Origin: Tubulanus polymorphus
Taxonomy: Eukaryota; Animalia; Nemertea
Length of the DNA stretch: 64,000 nt
Direction: 5' to 3'
NCBI RefSeq assembly: GCF_964204645.1
Contig: NC_134028.1
Location: 2,294,001-2,358,000, forward strand
The notes under the pieces are model-generated. The model did not search any database and was not told the DNA's origin. It saw only the letters and a list, made by a program, of their open reading frames with translations. Position 1 is the first letter of the stretch, and each line of letters opens with the position of its first letter. Position numbers and translations under genes: made by a program. Below are positions 1-30,009 of the stretch, in pieces.

Positions 1-400
1 AAACTTTCGGACTAGTTACATGAAAAAAAGACCAAATATTGTAAAATATAGTTATTTCCTAAATCTCGATGTATTAAATTAGGCAGAAAAAAATAGATAA
101 AATTATTCAACCTTGTAAACTTTCGGACTAGTTACATGAAAAAAAGACCAAATATTGTAAAATATAGTTATTTCCTAAATCTCGATGTATTGAATTAGGC
201 AGAAAAAAATTTAACCCCAATCAGTCACTTAATATGTGCTTCGACTATTTAAACGGTGAAAACGACCAAAAAAATTGAAGTTAGACAAAATTATTAAACA
301 TTGCAAACTTTCGGACTAGTTACATTAAAAAAAGACCAAATATTGTAAAATTATCTTCAACAATATAGTTATTTCCAAAATCAGAATTAGGCAGAATAAA
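1..400. repeat. Degenerate ~116-bp tandem repeat (2 near-identical copies plus a diverged third), running off the window start
   Basis: AAACTTTCGGACTAGTTACATGAAAAAAAGACCAAATATTGTAAAAT begins at ~1, ~117 and ~306, with the downstream ATAGTTATTTCC...AATTAGGCAGAA block also repeated. Confidence 0.85.
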
Positions 401-3038
401 AGATTGTTTGAATGAACCGGAACCGAATTACCAATTATGTTCTTGGACTTAAAAAAAAAGATCTGTAAAAACGACCGCCGATCACGCAACTATATCTGTA
501 CTTCGATTTCCGATTTTGAAAAAAACCGCCGTATCGCTCCCGCCAGGTGTGGTAGGTTTGTAAGGGACACCAACTCGAAAAGTCAAACGAGAGCTTGAGG
601 TCAACAACTCATCAAAAATCTGCCAATTAGAGAAAACAGTGCACAGAAACCAACCGACTTAGGAGATCCTCGTCGATGATGAAACCAGCAATCATAAAAG
701 GTAACTTGATATACATGGAGTTATTACGATGATTTCTAAATGTCGTGATTACAGGATATATTTATTTACTCATTGCAGCTAAGTTTCAACTATAAGAAAG
801 AGACCAGCTTAAAATCAACTACTCATCTGTAATTTACGGATTTGAACAACCCACAGAAGAATCAAACTCATTAGATGGAAATTACCGGTATATAGAAATT
901 TCAGGCCTCATATGAATATCATTTGATAAGTGATTATCATCGAAATCTATTTACCTGTCCACATGGCTGATCTTAGAACTTTTATCTTTACTAGTCTTGC
1001 ACCTTGGAGTAATAAATGTTTCAAATGATTACTCCAAGCTTAAACGTTAATGAACTAGTCCTACTACTGCAATTATTTATTGGGGTTTAAATCGGCAATT
1101 GACGTCAATGAACCTAATTCTGATTTCGGAAATAACTATATTAACTAAGTGAAAAACACGGTGGCTTGTAATTTGAAATGACATGTAAGTTATGATAAAT
1201 CTGTCTAAAATGTTTTGCTTTCTTCACTTTGTTTCAGTCAAACTACATCCCGGAAATAATGGCCTGAAGAAGTCACAAGTAGACAAATACCCATTGACCC
1301 ATTTGCTGATGAAAACTGCAGAAGCCCAGATGAGAAGTTTAGGAGCCAGCGACGGATTAATCACTCAACGATGGAATCTTCTACAATCGGTGGTTGATTT
1401 CTATAAAACATTTTATCAGGAGCAGCAGAGATGATAGTGTATCTTATAAACACTGATTCGCACAGCAAAGACAATGGATTATCTTATAAAATCTGATTCA
1501 GGATAAACACCGAAGCAGCAAAGACTTAGTGAAGAGAAAGAATTAGTTAGATAATTAGTCCGATTGTGACACAATCATCCCTTGCATCGAGTGGGATAAA
1601 AGCTTTGAGATATAGAATTACACAAGCCCGGTGGATGAGCGATAATGATAACCTACTTGCCCTAATGAAAATATACTTGTCCCGGGCAATTGAACTAGTG
1701 CTTAGATCAGACCCTGCTTTATTTCAAATGTAACATTTGTGAAATAAGCTAGTTGATAATGTTTGAAGAAATCTCTTAAAGACAAGGAAAATTTGGCAAT
1801 GTTTTTAGTTTTCTTGTAATAAGTAAGATTAATTAGTTAACCTTACGCTCTCCAGAGTGTGAGTGAATTTGTAGGTGTAATGTATTCATGTTTTTATTCT
1901 GAACTGTTTTTAAATAACTCATTAAAAAAAACGACATACATGTTCGTCATTCATGTTAAAACTTTTCAATTGTTCAGTTACGTGTATTGCAACTTTTTCA
2001 CTGTGGTGCTTTTCAGTGGTTCATAAAATACTACTTTATTAAGGTCCTTATGGAAAATGGAGGAGCAAAATAGAGGAGCATTCTCTTGATTAATGAGGAT
2101 ATATGAACAGTATTAATCAGTAAATTGTGCTAGCTATATATGGACTCTAAAACCATGGCTTAAATATATCTATATGGGTCCTGAAATATCTGCACGAGAA
2201 GCACCTCAAAAAATTATTGAATCTAACTTAATTGTAGATATCTAAGCAATAAGTTATTACATGTAGTAATTGACCTAGCTGTGTTAAAATTGACAGTTGA
2301 ACAATATTTATATACTCGATTTATCTCGCTGAATGCATAGAAGAGAATGCCTCCAAAATACTTTGCAATAAATGTAACATTTGAGAAAATAACCAATTTG
2401 ATCATGTCTGAAAATCTCTTAAAGACAAGGCAAAAGTGGCAAAACTCTTGTTATCTTTTAAAATAATGTTATTGAAAATTAAATCAAAGACTGTTTAAAA
2501 TCAAAAACGAAATGTTCATGTCAATTGTTCTTCAAACGCTAAATTAAGGTCGTATCGATTCTAGTTGAGCTTTTTCTTGATAATTAAATGTCATTTGAAA
2601 AGTTGACACGGTAGATTCATATTTCATGAAATATAACAAAGTGTCGGTTATATTGACCTCATGAATTGTCAAATTCATAATCTTAGACTTTCAGACTAGT
2701 CCAATTTTCTGTGTTTTATGGATAAAAGTTTATAATTCTTTGTGTATTTTTGTTATTTTCCTATTGATGCAAATTGTATAAAATCAGTAGTAGTGGAGAT
2801 GTATTGTATATTAAAACTTCGAAATACTTTACATGTTACTTTTGTGGTTTAGAGTTATTACAATTTCATTCATAGTAATAGAAATAAAATTACTATTAAA
2901 ATTTGAGAAAATAAGCTAAAAGTTAATAATATGATATGTGAAAATAAAATGATGTAAAAATGTAAATCAGATTGATTACTTAATCCTGCGCTTTCCAGAG
3001 TATTTGGCCAGTTTTATCTCTGGTTTTAGTGCGGGGAG

Positions 3039-3146
3039 CCATGGACTCGAGAGTCCATGGTTGTAGGCCATAGACGTTTCTGTTTTAGAGTCTATGTTTG
3101 GACCATGGATGTATAAACTCTAGTTTATAGTTTATACATCCATGGT
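3039..3146. repeat. Cluster of three short related palindromes (CAT[G/A]GA...TC[C/T]ATG)
   Basis: CCATGGACTC-ga-GAGTCCATGG (3039-3060); CATAGAC...GTCTATG (3069-3096); ACCATGGATGTATAAACT...AGTTTATACATCCATGGT (3102-3146, 18-bp stem). Confidence 0.8.
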
Positions 3147-3867
3147 TGGACTGTTTTTGAAATACTTTCCACGTGTTTGAGGAGCTTACGTTATAATTCC
3201 TCGAGCACAAACCTGGCATTTTGTATGATTGTTGTGCACTGTATGAGAATAAATATGATTGAAATTCTTTATCTGTTTAGCTACTCTGTCTGAACTTTGT
3301 TAGTTCACCAGTCAGTGGTTTTTTTGTTGTCTTGCAATCCACCTCTTTTTTCAAACCAATATTCCCACCAACATTGTGCGGAGACGAGGATGTCCGGAAA
3401 ACATGATAATCGAATATTGGCAATACAGCTTACCACTTCCACCCGGACACACTAACACTTGTTCACCGGTTAGAAGCGAGTGTTGAGCTGCCGAAGAGTA
3501 ATTACGAAATTAGCAATCTTTTTGATTGTCACTATAGCCATCAGGGGCGGATCCAGACTGTATTGCCCAATACATTGTTCGTACGGTCTAAAATTTAAGT
3601 GCCCTTCGGCAATATTTTGTGACGGCATATATATTTCACCACCCGCTAATTTGATATTTTCACTGATGATCGGTTTGATTTTTATATACAGAAGCAGAGT
3701 CCTGAATAGTTAACTTTGCCTTTAAAAGTGGCACCCAGTATCCTTCTTTTGGTGTTAACATTACATGATTAATTACATGAGATTTGTGTTTCTCTTGTAA
3801 AAATCATTCTTTTTATTTTCTTCATGCTTTCTGTAAATGTAACCGATGACCTCCTGATCGTCTCTAA

Positions 3868-4248
3868 GGTTCGAACCCAGTAATTACTGATACTGGTTCA
3901 GAGTGGTCCTGATGCTGAATAGAGGATGCACAGGGGTGTCCCGGGTTCGAATCCAGTAATTACTGATGCTGATTCAGAGTGGTTCTGATGCTGAATAGAG
4001 GATGTACGGGGGTGTCCCGGGTTCAAACCCAGTAATTACTACTGATACTGATTCAGAGTGGTTCTGATGCTGAATAGAGGATGTACAGGGGTGTCCCAGG
4101 TTCAAACCCAGTAATTACTGATGCTGATTCAGAGTGGTCCTGATGCTGAATGGAGGATGTACAGGGGTGTCCCGGGTTCGAACCCAGTAATTACTGATAC
4201 TGATTCAGAGTGGTCCTGATGCTGAATATATAGAGGATGTACAGGGGT
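3868..4248 (+). repeat. 76-bp tandem repeat (~5 copies) carrying a tRNA-type B box
   Basis: GGTTC(G/A)AA(C/T)CCAG recurs at 3868, 3944, 4020, 4099 and 4175 (period 76, one 79). The unit also has an A-box-like TG(G/A)TTCAGAGTGG. Confidence 0.9.
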
Positions 4249-4253
4249 AACTG

Positions 4254-4485
4254 ATGGCGAATCCTTTCTAGTTTGACACCGTAACGTGGTACATGTATAT
4301 CGTTCTCATATTCGAGAAGCATGAATTGGTCAGTGGTGGTCAGTGATGGTCAATTTATGAATTCTCAATATTTATGGCGAATCCTTTCTAGTTTGACACC
4401 ATAACGCGGTATATAGTTTTCAAATTCAAGGAGTTTGAATTTGTCAGTGGTGGTCAGTGATGGTCAGTTTATGAATTTGCAATGA
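4254..4485. repeat. ~120-bp tandem duplication
   Basis: ATGGCGAATCCTTTCTAGTTTGACACC...GTCAGTGGTGGTCAGTGATGGTCA occurs at ~4254 and ~4374. Confidence 0.85.
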
Positions 4486-5175
4486 TTCTTCAGTAGTTTG
4501 AAAACAAACATGACTTGAAAAATTTCCGAAATTCGAAGTCAAGTGGTCAGACTCGGGGATATCTCAATTGGTCAGTTTCTGACCATCATGGTGTCACCAT
4601 TGTGGTCTTTAGCTCAAATGAAACATGTGGAACCGACGAATGGGCCCAAAAGCGTAAGTCATTTCCTGAGTTATGTGATCCAAAAATGCCCTAACTGGAA
4701 AAGGCAGTCTCTCAATTGGACGAAACCAAATCGGACAGGACAATTAAAATTTGGGAAGTCCACAGGCAGTGGTCTTTCTACGAAGCCCACGCGGTGAGCG
4801 TATTATTATGAAATCTTTTTATAAACCACCATGTACCACGAAGTAATAAGCATCGTTGTAAGCACTTGAAACAGCCATTAACCACTTGAAACTGTCAGAT
4901 CAAACATCATACCGCATCCCCGCAAAGAGGGGTAGTTCAGCAAACCGGGGTTTTCAGATTGGCCTCTCTAGACTACCCCGCCAGTACGGGTAGCGGCCGA
5001 GCAAACCGGAAAACTCATAATGGTGCTGAAGTTTGGGGTGTCAGCTAATTTTTCTTTTCTCTCACATGTTTCAAATGTTTTTATTTGTTTCCATAATTTT
5101 GTATATTGTGTTTACTTTATTGTATTTGTAACCAATTGCGTTTTCTTGTATACGTACAGAACAATAAAGTATTGA

Positions 5176-5344
5176 GATCAAAAACACCTGACGATGATCT
5201 CTAGGTGAGATCGAAACGTCGTGTTTATTATATATTTTAGATTGTTCGAATAAATAAATTCTTGATTTTAAATTCTTCTAATCTGTAGATAGTGAGTTTT
5301 TATGTTATTATCCGTTCACCACGTTTGAGTGTGGTCATCGTACT
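5176..5344 (+). mobile_element. Short Penelope-like/retrozyme-like insertion bearing a hammerhead ribozyme, with a 13-bp flanking duplication
   Basis: AATAAAGTATTGA at 5163-5175 and 5345-5357 flanks the insert; the hammerhead core is inside. The internal ATAGTGAGTTTT motif is shared with the copy at ~57.3 kb. Confidence 0.7.
5182..5226 (+). ncRNA. Minimal type-I hammerhead ribozyme
   Basis: Stem I AAACAC(5182-87)/GTGTTT(5221-26); core CTGACGA(5188-94) plus an extra T; stem II GATCTC-taggt-GAGATC; GAAAC(5213-17); GTC triplet (5218-20). Confidence 0.85.
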
Positions 5345-5441
5345 AATAAAGTATTGAATTGAATTGAATTGAATCGTTTACTAACTAACACGCTAGGCGG
5401 TGCTTCGTTAGAAAAAAGGAAAATCCGCGAGATCTGAAAAA

Positions 5442-8144
5442 ATGGCAAGTCGTGAAAGTGTGCGAATTAGACTTTGTTGCGCGAAAATGGCCGATGAATA
5501 TGAGATTACAGTACCGAACTTCTGGCTGTTAATCGATACAAATATCATAGAAACAGTGACAGACCTTATTCAAACCATAACTCGTCGTTTTCTGACTACT
5601 ACTCATCGTCGGGCGCAAGCTGCTGGAAGCAACGTCGATACAGGAATCGCGAAAATTGCTTTGGAACTGGATGGTTTTATGTTGCCTTCAGATGAAAATA
5701 TTCACGTACTTAGAGATGGCGACATGGTCAGGTATTCATCATTTATTCCCACAGTCCAACAAGCAAGGCGATTATATGCCAATGGCATTGCACAATACGC
5801 GACCACTGGGGTTAGGCCTAGGACTATGTTGAAAATTGCTTCTTGAATTGTTTTTTTCTATCTTTTAGGGTAATTAAAGATGAAACAAGCTCAAACCCAC
5901 CATCGGTCAGTGGCCCTCAGTTAACCCGACCAAACAACCCCCCTACAGTACATTCCAGCGATACATTTACCGTAGAAAATGACAGGAATTCTGAATCAGA
6001 GATGGAATTGGAAGCGGAGCGACGAAAACTTAAAAAGACGAGAAAAAGAAATGAATCGGCTGAAGGAAGTGTTTCTAAAATGAGTAGTAGGAAAAGAAAG
6101 TTGTCGGAAACCGAAAATAGTGAACTTTCTGTACATGAGAAGAAAAAGAAGAAATCTCAGAAAGAAAAAAACAAAAATAAAAAATCTGATTCCACAGTTG
6201 TGAGTATTAGTGACAAAAATGATGCGGGATCCACGAATATCATTGATACTGAAAAAGCGTCTGACTCTAATGATAACGCGCGATCGAATGAGATGAGTTT
6301 GAGCAGTGTGAATATCAATAATCGAAAGGATAGTTCTGTATCATCTGAAAGAGACGATACGCCTTCGGGTCGTAATCAAAATACGAAGAAGAAAAGAAAG
6401 AGAACTCGAAAACGAAAAAAGAAGTCCGAAAATGGATCAGTCGTTACTAATGTAAGTCAATTATCTGTGCCAGCGATAACTCCTGATGTTTGTCAGAGGT
6501 CGGTGAAGTTTTTGAACACTGTCGCGAATACGGAACCTCGTCAGAACGCGAAACCTCTCCGTGCCAGTACGCCGTACGTCGGGCCGCGTAAGGGTCACGT
6601 TCGTTTCGATTCGGACTCCGATGCGGCGGAGGAAATAACGGCGGAGAATGGCCAGGATGCTGCGGTGAAGGATGTTGACGCGAGACAGCAGGAGACGATG
6701 TATTATTCTTTGCTCGATAACGAGAATACTCCGGACATTATGTCAGAATATCAGATCGATAATGATGGATCGACTCAGCAGCCATCGTCTGCTGGAGATT
6801 GTCAGATACGTCTCGATTACGACGTCGCCGAACCGGAACCAGTTTCCAAAAGACCCGCTGAATTCTCGAAAAAACAACGCAAACGTCAAAAGAAAAAGTC
6901 AACAGTTGCATTGAATAATGCTCGAAAAATGTTAGACGACATTCAGAGTAATGTTTCTGAGGTATATAAGGTATTTGTGTCTTGTTTTTATTCGGCATGT
7001 TTTATGTGAGTTGTTCTAAAGCACTTGGGGAATACTTTACTGGCTTTGGTTTAGTAAAATTGAGTATAAATCTACATGTGCTCGTGTATTTTGTTCCTTT
7101 TCAGAATCCACCCAAAGGAAGTCCTTACGATTCAGTTGATTTCAGTAAATATCCTAATTTGGAAGGACCTCCGAGAATAGGAGATACAATTGCTTATAAG
7201 GTATGATTTTCAGTTGGCTTTTAAAATCTGTAATATCTAGAATCTATTGCCATTGGAAGTATGTGTACCGGTATCAATTCTTTGTTTTTCAAAGATTTTA
7301 GAGATTGGTGAGGATTACTGTCCATCGGTATCTGACTATAAGGTAAATTAATCGTTAAAGACCCGTGAATTTTAGTAAATGATTTCATGAATTGTTATTG
7401 ATAGTAATCCATTGATTTATTTCAGATCGCCCGAGTTACAGATTACGATGCTTCGACGAAGAATCTGCATCTAGAGCATATCAGTCAGACGATATCCTGT
7501 AAGTTTTGTCTTAATCTATGCTATATTATGTACTACATTGGAACCCGCTTTAATTCGGATCATTTTGGATCAATTTGAAATTCATCCGGTTCATGAGAAA
7601 TCTAGATTAAATGTCATAGGCCTATTTTATCATACATTTGTGTATAGATGGATCATAGATAATAACCAGATTAAATGAAAAATCTCGTCCACTTCGAGCG
7701 GGTTTGAGTGTAAAACCAATTCAAGTATGATCCTTTCATTCGGATAACTATAAAAGTTTATCCCAATTTCAGCGCGGAGACCAGGAAAATTTGATATCGT
7801 AGATGAAGACCAAGCAGTCATTGAAATAGATCCTCAGGTTTGTAATCAATGCATTGAATCGCACAACATCAATTGTTAGTTTAGATAGATAATCATATTT
7901 CTGTCCTATTTCGTTTCAGGTCATTATCAATATTGTATCACTACTAGAACCAAAACTTGTGCAAGATGAACAGATTTTGGCTGCAAATTCTGTTACTGTT
8001 ACGACCGATGTTGAAACTAAAAGTACCGGTATAGCGAATGGCAATCATTGTGATGAATCTGCTGCAAAACTGCAATCATCGACTCCTTCAAAGTGTTTGA
8101 GCGTTATTCAAAATTTCAAGTGTGAGAAATCATCACCTGTATAA
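5442..8144 (+). CDS. COIL: Coilin (p80-coilin), 7 coding exons, ~632 aa
   Basis: Exons 5442-5731, 5869-6970, 7105-7200, 7295-7342, 7426-7498, 7773-7837, 7920-8144; all GT-AG, total 1899 nt in frame. N-terminal domain (VRIRL...FWLLID...LDGFMLPSDENIHVLRDGDMV), Lys/Ser-rich linker with GHVRF, and a Tudor-like C-domain (YPNLEGPPRIGDTIAYKILE...YCPSVSDYK...PGKFD...LLEPKLV). Confidence 0.93.
7536..7710. mobile_element. Tc1/mariner-pogo-type MITE in coilin intron 5
   Basis: TA|CATTGGAACCCGCT ... AGCGGGTTTGAGTG|TA: imperfect TIRs with TA flanks. Confidence 0.6.
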
Positions 8145-8192
8145 TTTCTTCTCAATTATCTAATTTAGGAATTGTTCATGAAATGATAAAAG

Positions 8193-8198
8193 AATAAA
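8193..8198 (+). terminator. Proximal poly(A) signal of coilin
   Basis: AATAAA ~50 nt after the coilin stop, followed by T/GT-rich sequence. Confidence 0.55.
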
Positions 8199-8483
8199 TG
8201 TTAAGATGCTTTAGATAAGATATTCCCTCTTTCTTGTCACTGTCTGTCATTCATATCAGAGTTTATGTTGGGGTACTCAAGATACAGATGTACAGAGGTA
8301 TACTGGGGTTGGTCATTGATACTGGTTTTTATTCATTCACCATCAATTGTGACAGGTCCCTGCGGGGTATTAGCTTGCACTTTATTTAAGACATGAGCGA
8401 GTTGTGGGACTGAGTTATGGATGATTTTTAATACAGACACCCCTGTGGAGCGAGCATTTTGTCCCGAGTAAAAGGTAAAGGAC

Positions 8484-8656
8484 GATACTAGTCTCAACCG
8501 TTAGGTGCTGCCTCTATACATATCGTTGGCGGCGAATATGTGAACTAATTTATTACTCACTTGCCTCAGTTGACAAAATGCCAAGCCAGGTTAGTTCAAA
8601 CGTTCACCGCTAGTTATGTGTATAGGGGCAGCACTTGACGGTATAGATCTAATATC
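8484..8656. mobile_element. Fold-back element/MITE downstream of coilin
   Basis: ~65-bp imperfect inverted arms: GATACTAGTCTCAACCGTTAGGTGCTGCCTCTATACAT... versus the reverse complement of the right arm, GATATTAGATCTATACCGTCAAGTGCTGCCCCTATACAC... Confidence 0.75.
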
Positions 8657-9051
8657 ACCGGGCGGGCCGGGTTAACTGATAAAATTCTGCTATTTACTAC
8701 TGAAAATGGTACAGAACTACCAACCTTCTTTAGAAAGTGTCCTCCGTTACAAACTCCAAGGCATCAGACCCATTCCGGGCTAAGTCGACAAGCACCTCTG
8801 CCAAGATCCAACTCAGTAGGCCTACTCGCAAAATTAACTGAGCTGTAGCACCAAATGTGGGAATGGATTTGTTAAATGAGGACGTTTGACAGGCCATGCT
8901 AGGGTTGCAATAGGACATCTAACTTAATGTGTTCAGAGATATCATGAAAATCATATCCATCTTTTCAAATAGAATATCTTCCCTTGATTCTTCCTCTATT
9001 CCAAGAATCATCAGTCACATACAACCAGGACAGTTGCTAAGAATGATGAAG

Positions 9052-9089
9052 AATAAAATACATTGATTTTCCCATTACTTTGATTTATT
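9052..9089. terminator. Facing poly(A) signals of convergent genes (distal coilin +, AAK1-like -)
   Basis: AATAAA on + at 9052-9057 and on - at 9089-9084. Confidence 0.45.
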
Positions 9090-10781
9090 TGATGTTGTAC
9101 AACTGTTTGCACACAATATATCTACATATATTTATATATAATATAATCTGGATACAGGTCTATATTTCTTAAATGTATTTACATTAACACACAAGGCACT
9201 GCATTAATAACAAGATTCACTGGTTATACATGTACGATAATATAACATGCTGAACGCTTCATAACTTAAAATCTTTTTAAACAGGTATTTTATCACGTTT
9301 CATTGTCTATATGAATCATCGAAAAAGTGGAAAACGAATATTTGGTGCAGATTATTTGTTTTTGTTTCACAAGGAGGACAATCATCGTGAAAGAAAAATT
9401 CATTATCTTTATAAATACTATTCAGGAAAATTATGACAAGTAACGAACTGGTAGATTATCTATAAGTTTGATCTGTTTACACATCAATTTCAGTTTTTGA
9501 GTTTTCACTTGTTAATCTATAGACATGTTGCAGCCATGTGTTTTTATCACTGCCGGTCAATACAATGAGAGATTTACATGACAGATCCCCAAAATTTGTT
9601 AATGACCATACTATCGATTGGTGTTATGTATGGTAAGTCTCCAACACAAACAAACTATGACGTCATGTGCAACATGTCTATATATGGTAAATGATACTCA
9701 AGTAAACCTCTGACTAAGTGCATGCTCTACTGCATTAGCATCGAATTCTTTTTAGACAAACAAAAAAGAGAAATGAACAATCAGGAAATGTGTGTATAAA
9801 TGATCGAATAAAATTCAACACAGGATTGAATGCAGACCGATGAAATGCAGATGTTTATGAATTTTTCTTATCGACAAATACTTAGTTCGAATGCATAGAT
9901 GTACATGAATTCATATAAACTGAATGCGAAATATGAAGCAAAAGTATGGAATAAAACATAAAGCAGGTACTAGAATGAACATAGGCTATGCTTTAGTGAA
10001 ACCAAAGAAAACATTCTTTGACTTCATCCACTGTGTGTGTAATATATAGTGAGGTTACATACTATGCAAAGTTCCATAAAAGAAACCTCTGCTGAAAGGC
10101 CTTAATGTTATCAAAATCAACACAAGATATTTCAATAAAAACGCTAAGCAAATTTTCAAACCCAAATTTGCATTAAAACCCGATTGTAATATTTAGTACA
10201 TATTCGTAAATGCACATAACAGAGATATGCCTAGAGTACTGACCCGATATAACACAACCTCTTAAAAAAACAAACAAATTGTGAGATATTTATAGTGAGT
10301 AATTAATCACACATTCGCGATACAGAACGAGTTGCATTCACACAGTAATACATCGTAGAATTGAATAATACGATACCTTTAACAATAAAAGAATCATTCC
10401 CACAATTTCATTTTCATTTAACACATTATAAGCACGATGTCAATTTGATTCGCTATTTCGCAACTACATATAATATCAAATATTTTTCAGATTCACTGTT
10501 TCAACGTCCATTTGTGAGGAGTCAAGAAGTCTTGCATTTTGTGTGTTATTATCCAGCAGGCTATCAACTATGCCAATATGTAAACCATGTCTCTACATAG
10601 TGTTTGAATATCACAGAAAGCACTAACTAGTAACTTATTAATATAATCAAATTTAATTTCTCTACTGAACTACGAAAAAATAAATATAGAAGATCATAAC
10701 ATTTCGTCGTTGGATAATAACACTACTACCCTTCAAGGTCATATTGGTGTAGAATGGTGTAGAATCAACAGTTCGCAGACT

Positions 10782-28428
<17,647 letters not shown>

Positions 28429-29375
28429 TTTTTCAGATCGAAACTAGACCATGAGAGTGAACTACAACATCAATCTCCGGAACTTCAATCTCAGAGTTTT
28501 TCACAACCTAAATTCAGTGAGGCTGAAACCGCGAAACTAGTATCTCAATTCATGTTTTTATTGCGACAGTCATTCAGTCTCAGACGAGGAGAGGCGCCGC
28601 GCTAAGTTGAACTCAAATCATTCACAGATTACAGGACTGGACTTTGCAAATTCAGCCTGTATTTGTAGTAAGTAGTATAGGCAGTGACAGTAGTAGTGTA
28701 GACTAAAAAGTAGTTTACGGCAACCTGTCCTCCTCGTCCTGGTCTGACTGTTGTGTGGTGGTTGTGTTGTCACTGGTTGTTGGTTTTCCGAAAGTGTAAT
28801 TTTGAATCCTTCAGTCCTAGTCAGACCGAATCTTGTAGAAACTAATTCACATCGATGTATCTGAATCTGTATTATCTACTGATAACATGTTACTGGCTAC
28901 AGACGTCGCGGCATCCTCGTTAAATTACGAATTTTAAGCCTAAATTTGCCATTTCGTTAACCCGGAAATAAAAGAAATGGCGACAATCGATAAAGCGTAA
29001 AATCCGTACTCAGAACTGGACTGAGATAAACCATCTGCCGGACTGTGCGGTCTACCTCGCTTCCCTGTGTAGACTATCCAAGCGCATTACTTCATCTTAT
29101 CAACCACACGGCGGAATGCAATTATCTCTAACAAGATGAACTTTTTTCGGCGTCATTTATTAATCTACGGCTCATTCCCATTTACAAATGTGACACAGTG
29201 TTTTTTACACGTCTGAAGCGAGAGAATATTATACCACTGAGTTTCTCAAAGAAAATGTATGAATTCATGGAAAATAAAATGCTCCTCAAAACCGATGAGA
29301 CAACATATTTTAGACTAAAACAAACCTCTCAATCAACAGCAAACTTATTGTTTCATGAATATAAATATATAATCT

Positions 29376-29980
29376 ATTTACATGTATAATGGTGATTAAT
29401 CTTGTACATGTATAGAGAATATTTTGTATAAAATATCATTTAGACAATAATCATAAAACATGCTTGGAAAGTTTTATAAAATTCTTGTTCAATAATAATA
29501 TAATATCATTAAGTATAAACCAAGTCCTCATATGATAAAATGAGGTGCTATATAAATCGGGAAATATAAATATATAATTCATTTACATGTATAATGGTGA
29601 TTAATCTTGTACATGTATAGAGAATATTTTATAAAATATCACTTAGACAATAATCATAAAACATGCTTGGTAAGTTTTATAAAAATTCTTGCTCAATAAT
29701 AATATAATATCGCTTAGTATAAACCAAGTCCTCATACGATAAAATGAGGTACTATATAAATCGGGAAATATAATTCCCATATAAATTTTGTGCCACAATT
29801 ATTGTTTATTGGTCCCAAGTGACGAGAATGTCATGGAATAATTTCTCGTTTAATACACAATACAATATTACTAAATATAAACCAAGTCCTCATATGACAA
29901 AATGAGGTACTATATAAATCATGAAATATAATTCCCTTATTTTTGTGCTTCAAAAAATTGGTCCCAAATGACGAGAATGT
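29376..29980. repeat. ~205-bp tandem duplication plus a partial third copy
   Basis: ATTTACATGTATAATGGTGATTAATCTTGTACATG... at 29376 and 29581; TATAAACCAAGTCCTCATA-GA-AAAATGAGGT-CTATATAAATC occurs three times. Confidence 0.85.
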
Positions 29981-30009
29981 CGTTGAATAGTTATCAACTT
30001 CTATAAGAA

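Noticed and set aside
3868-4248. CRISPR array or tandem tRNA genes
   Set aside because: The entire 76-bp unit is repeated, so there are no spacers; acceptor and T stems do not pair properly.
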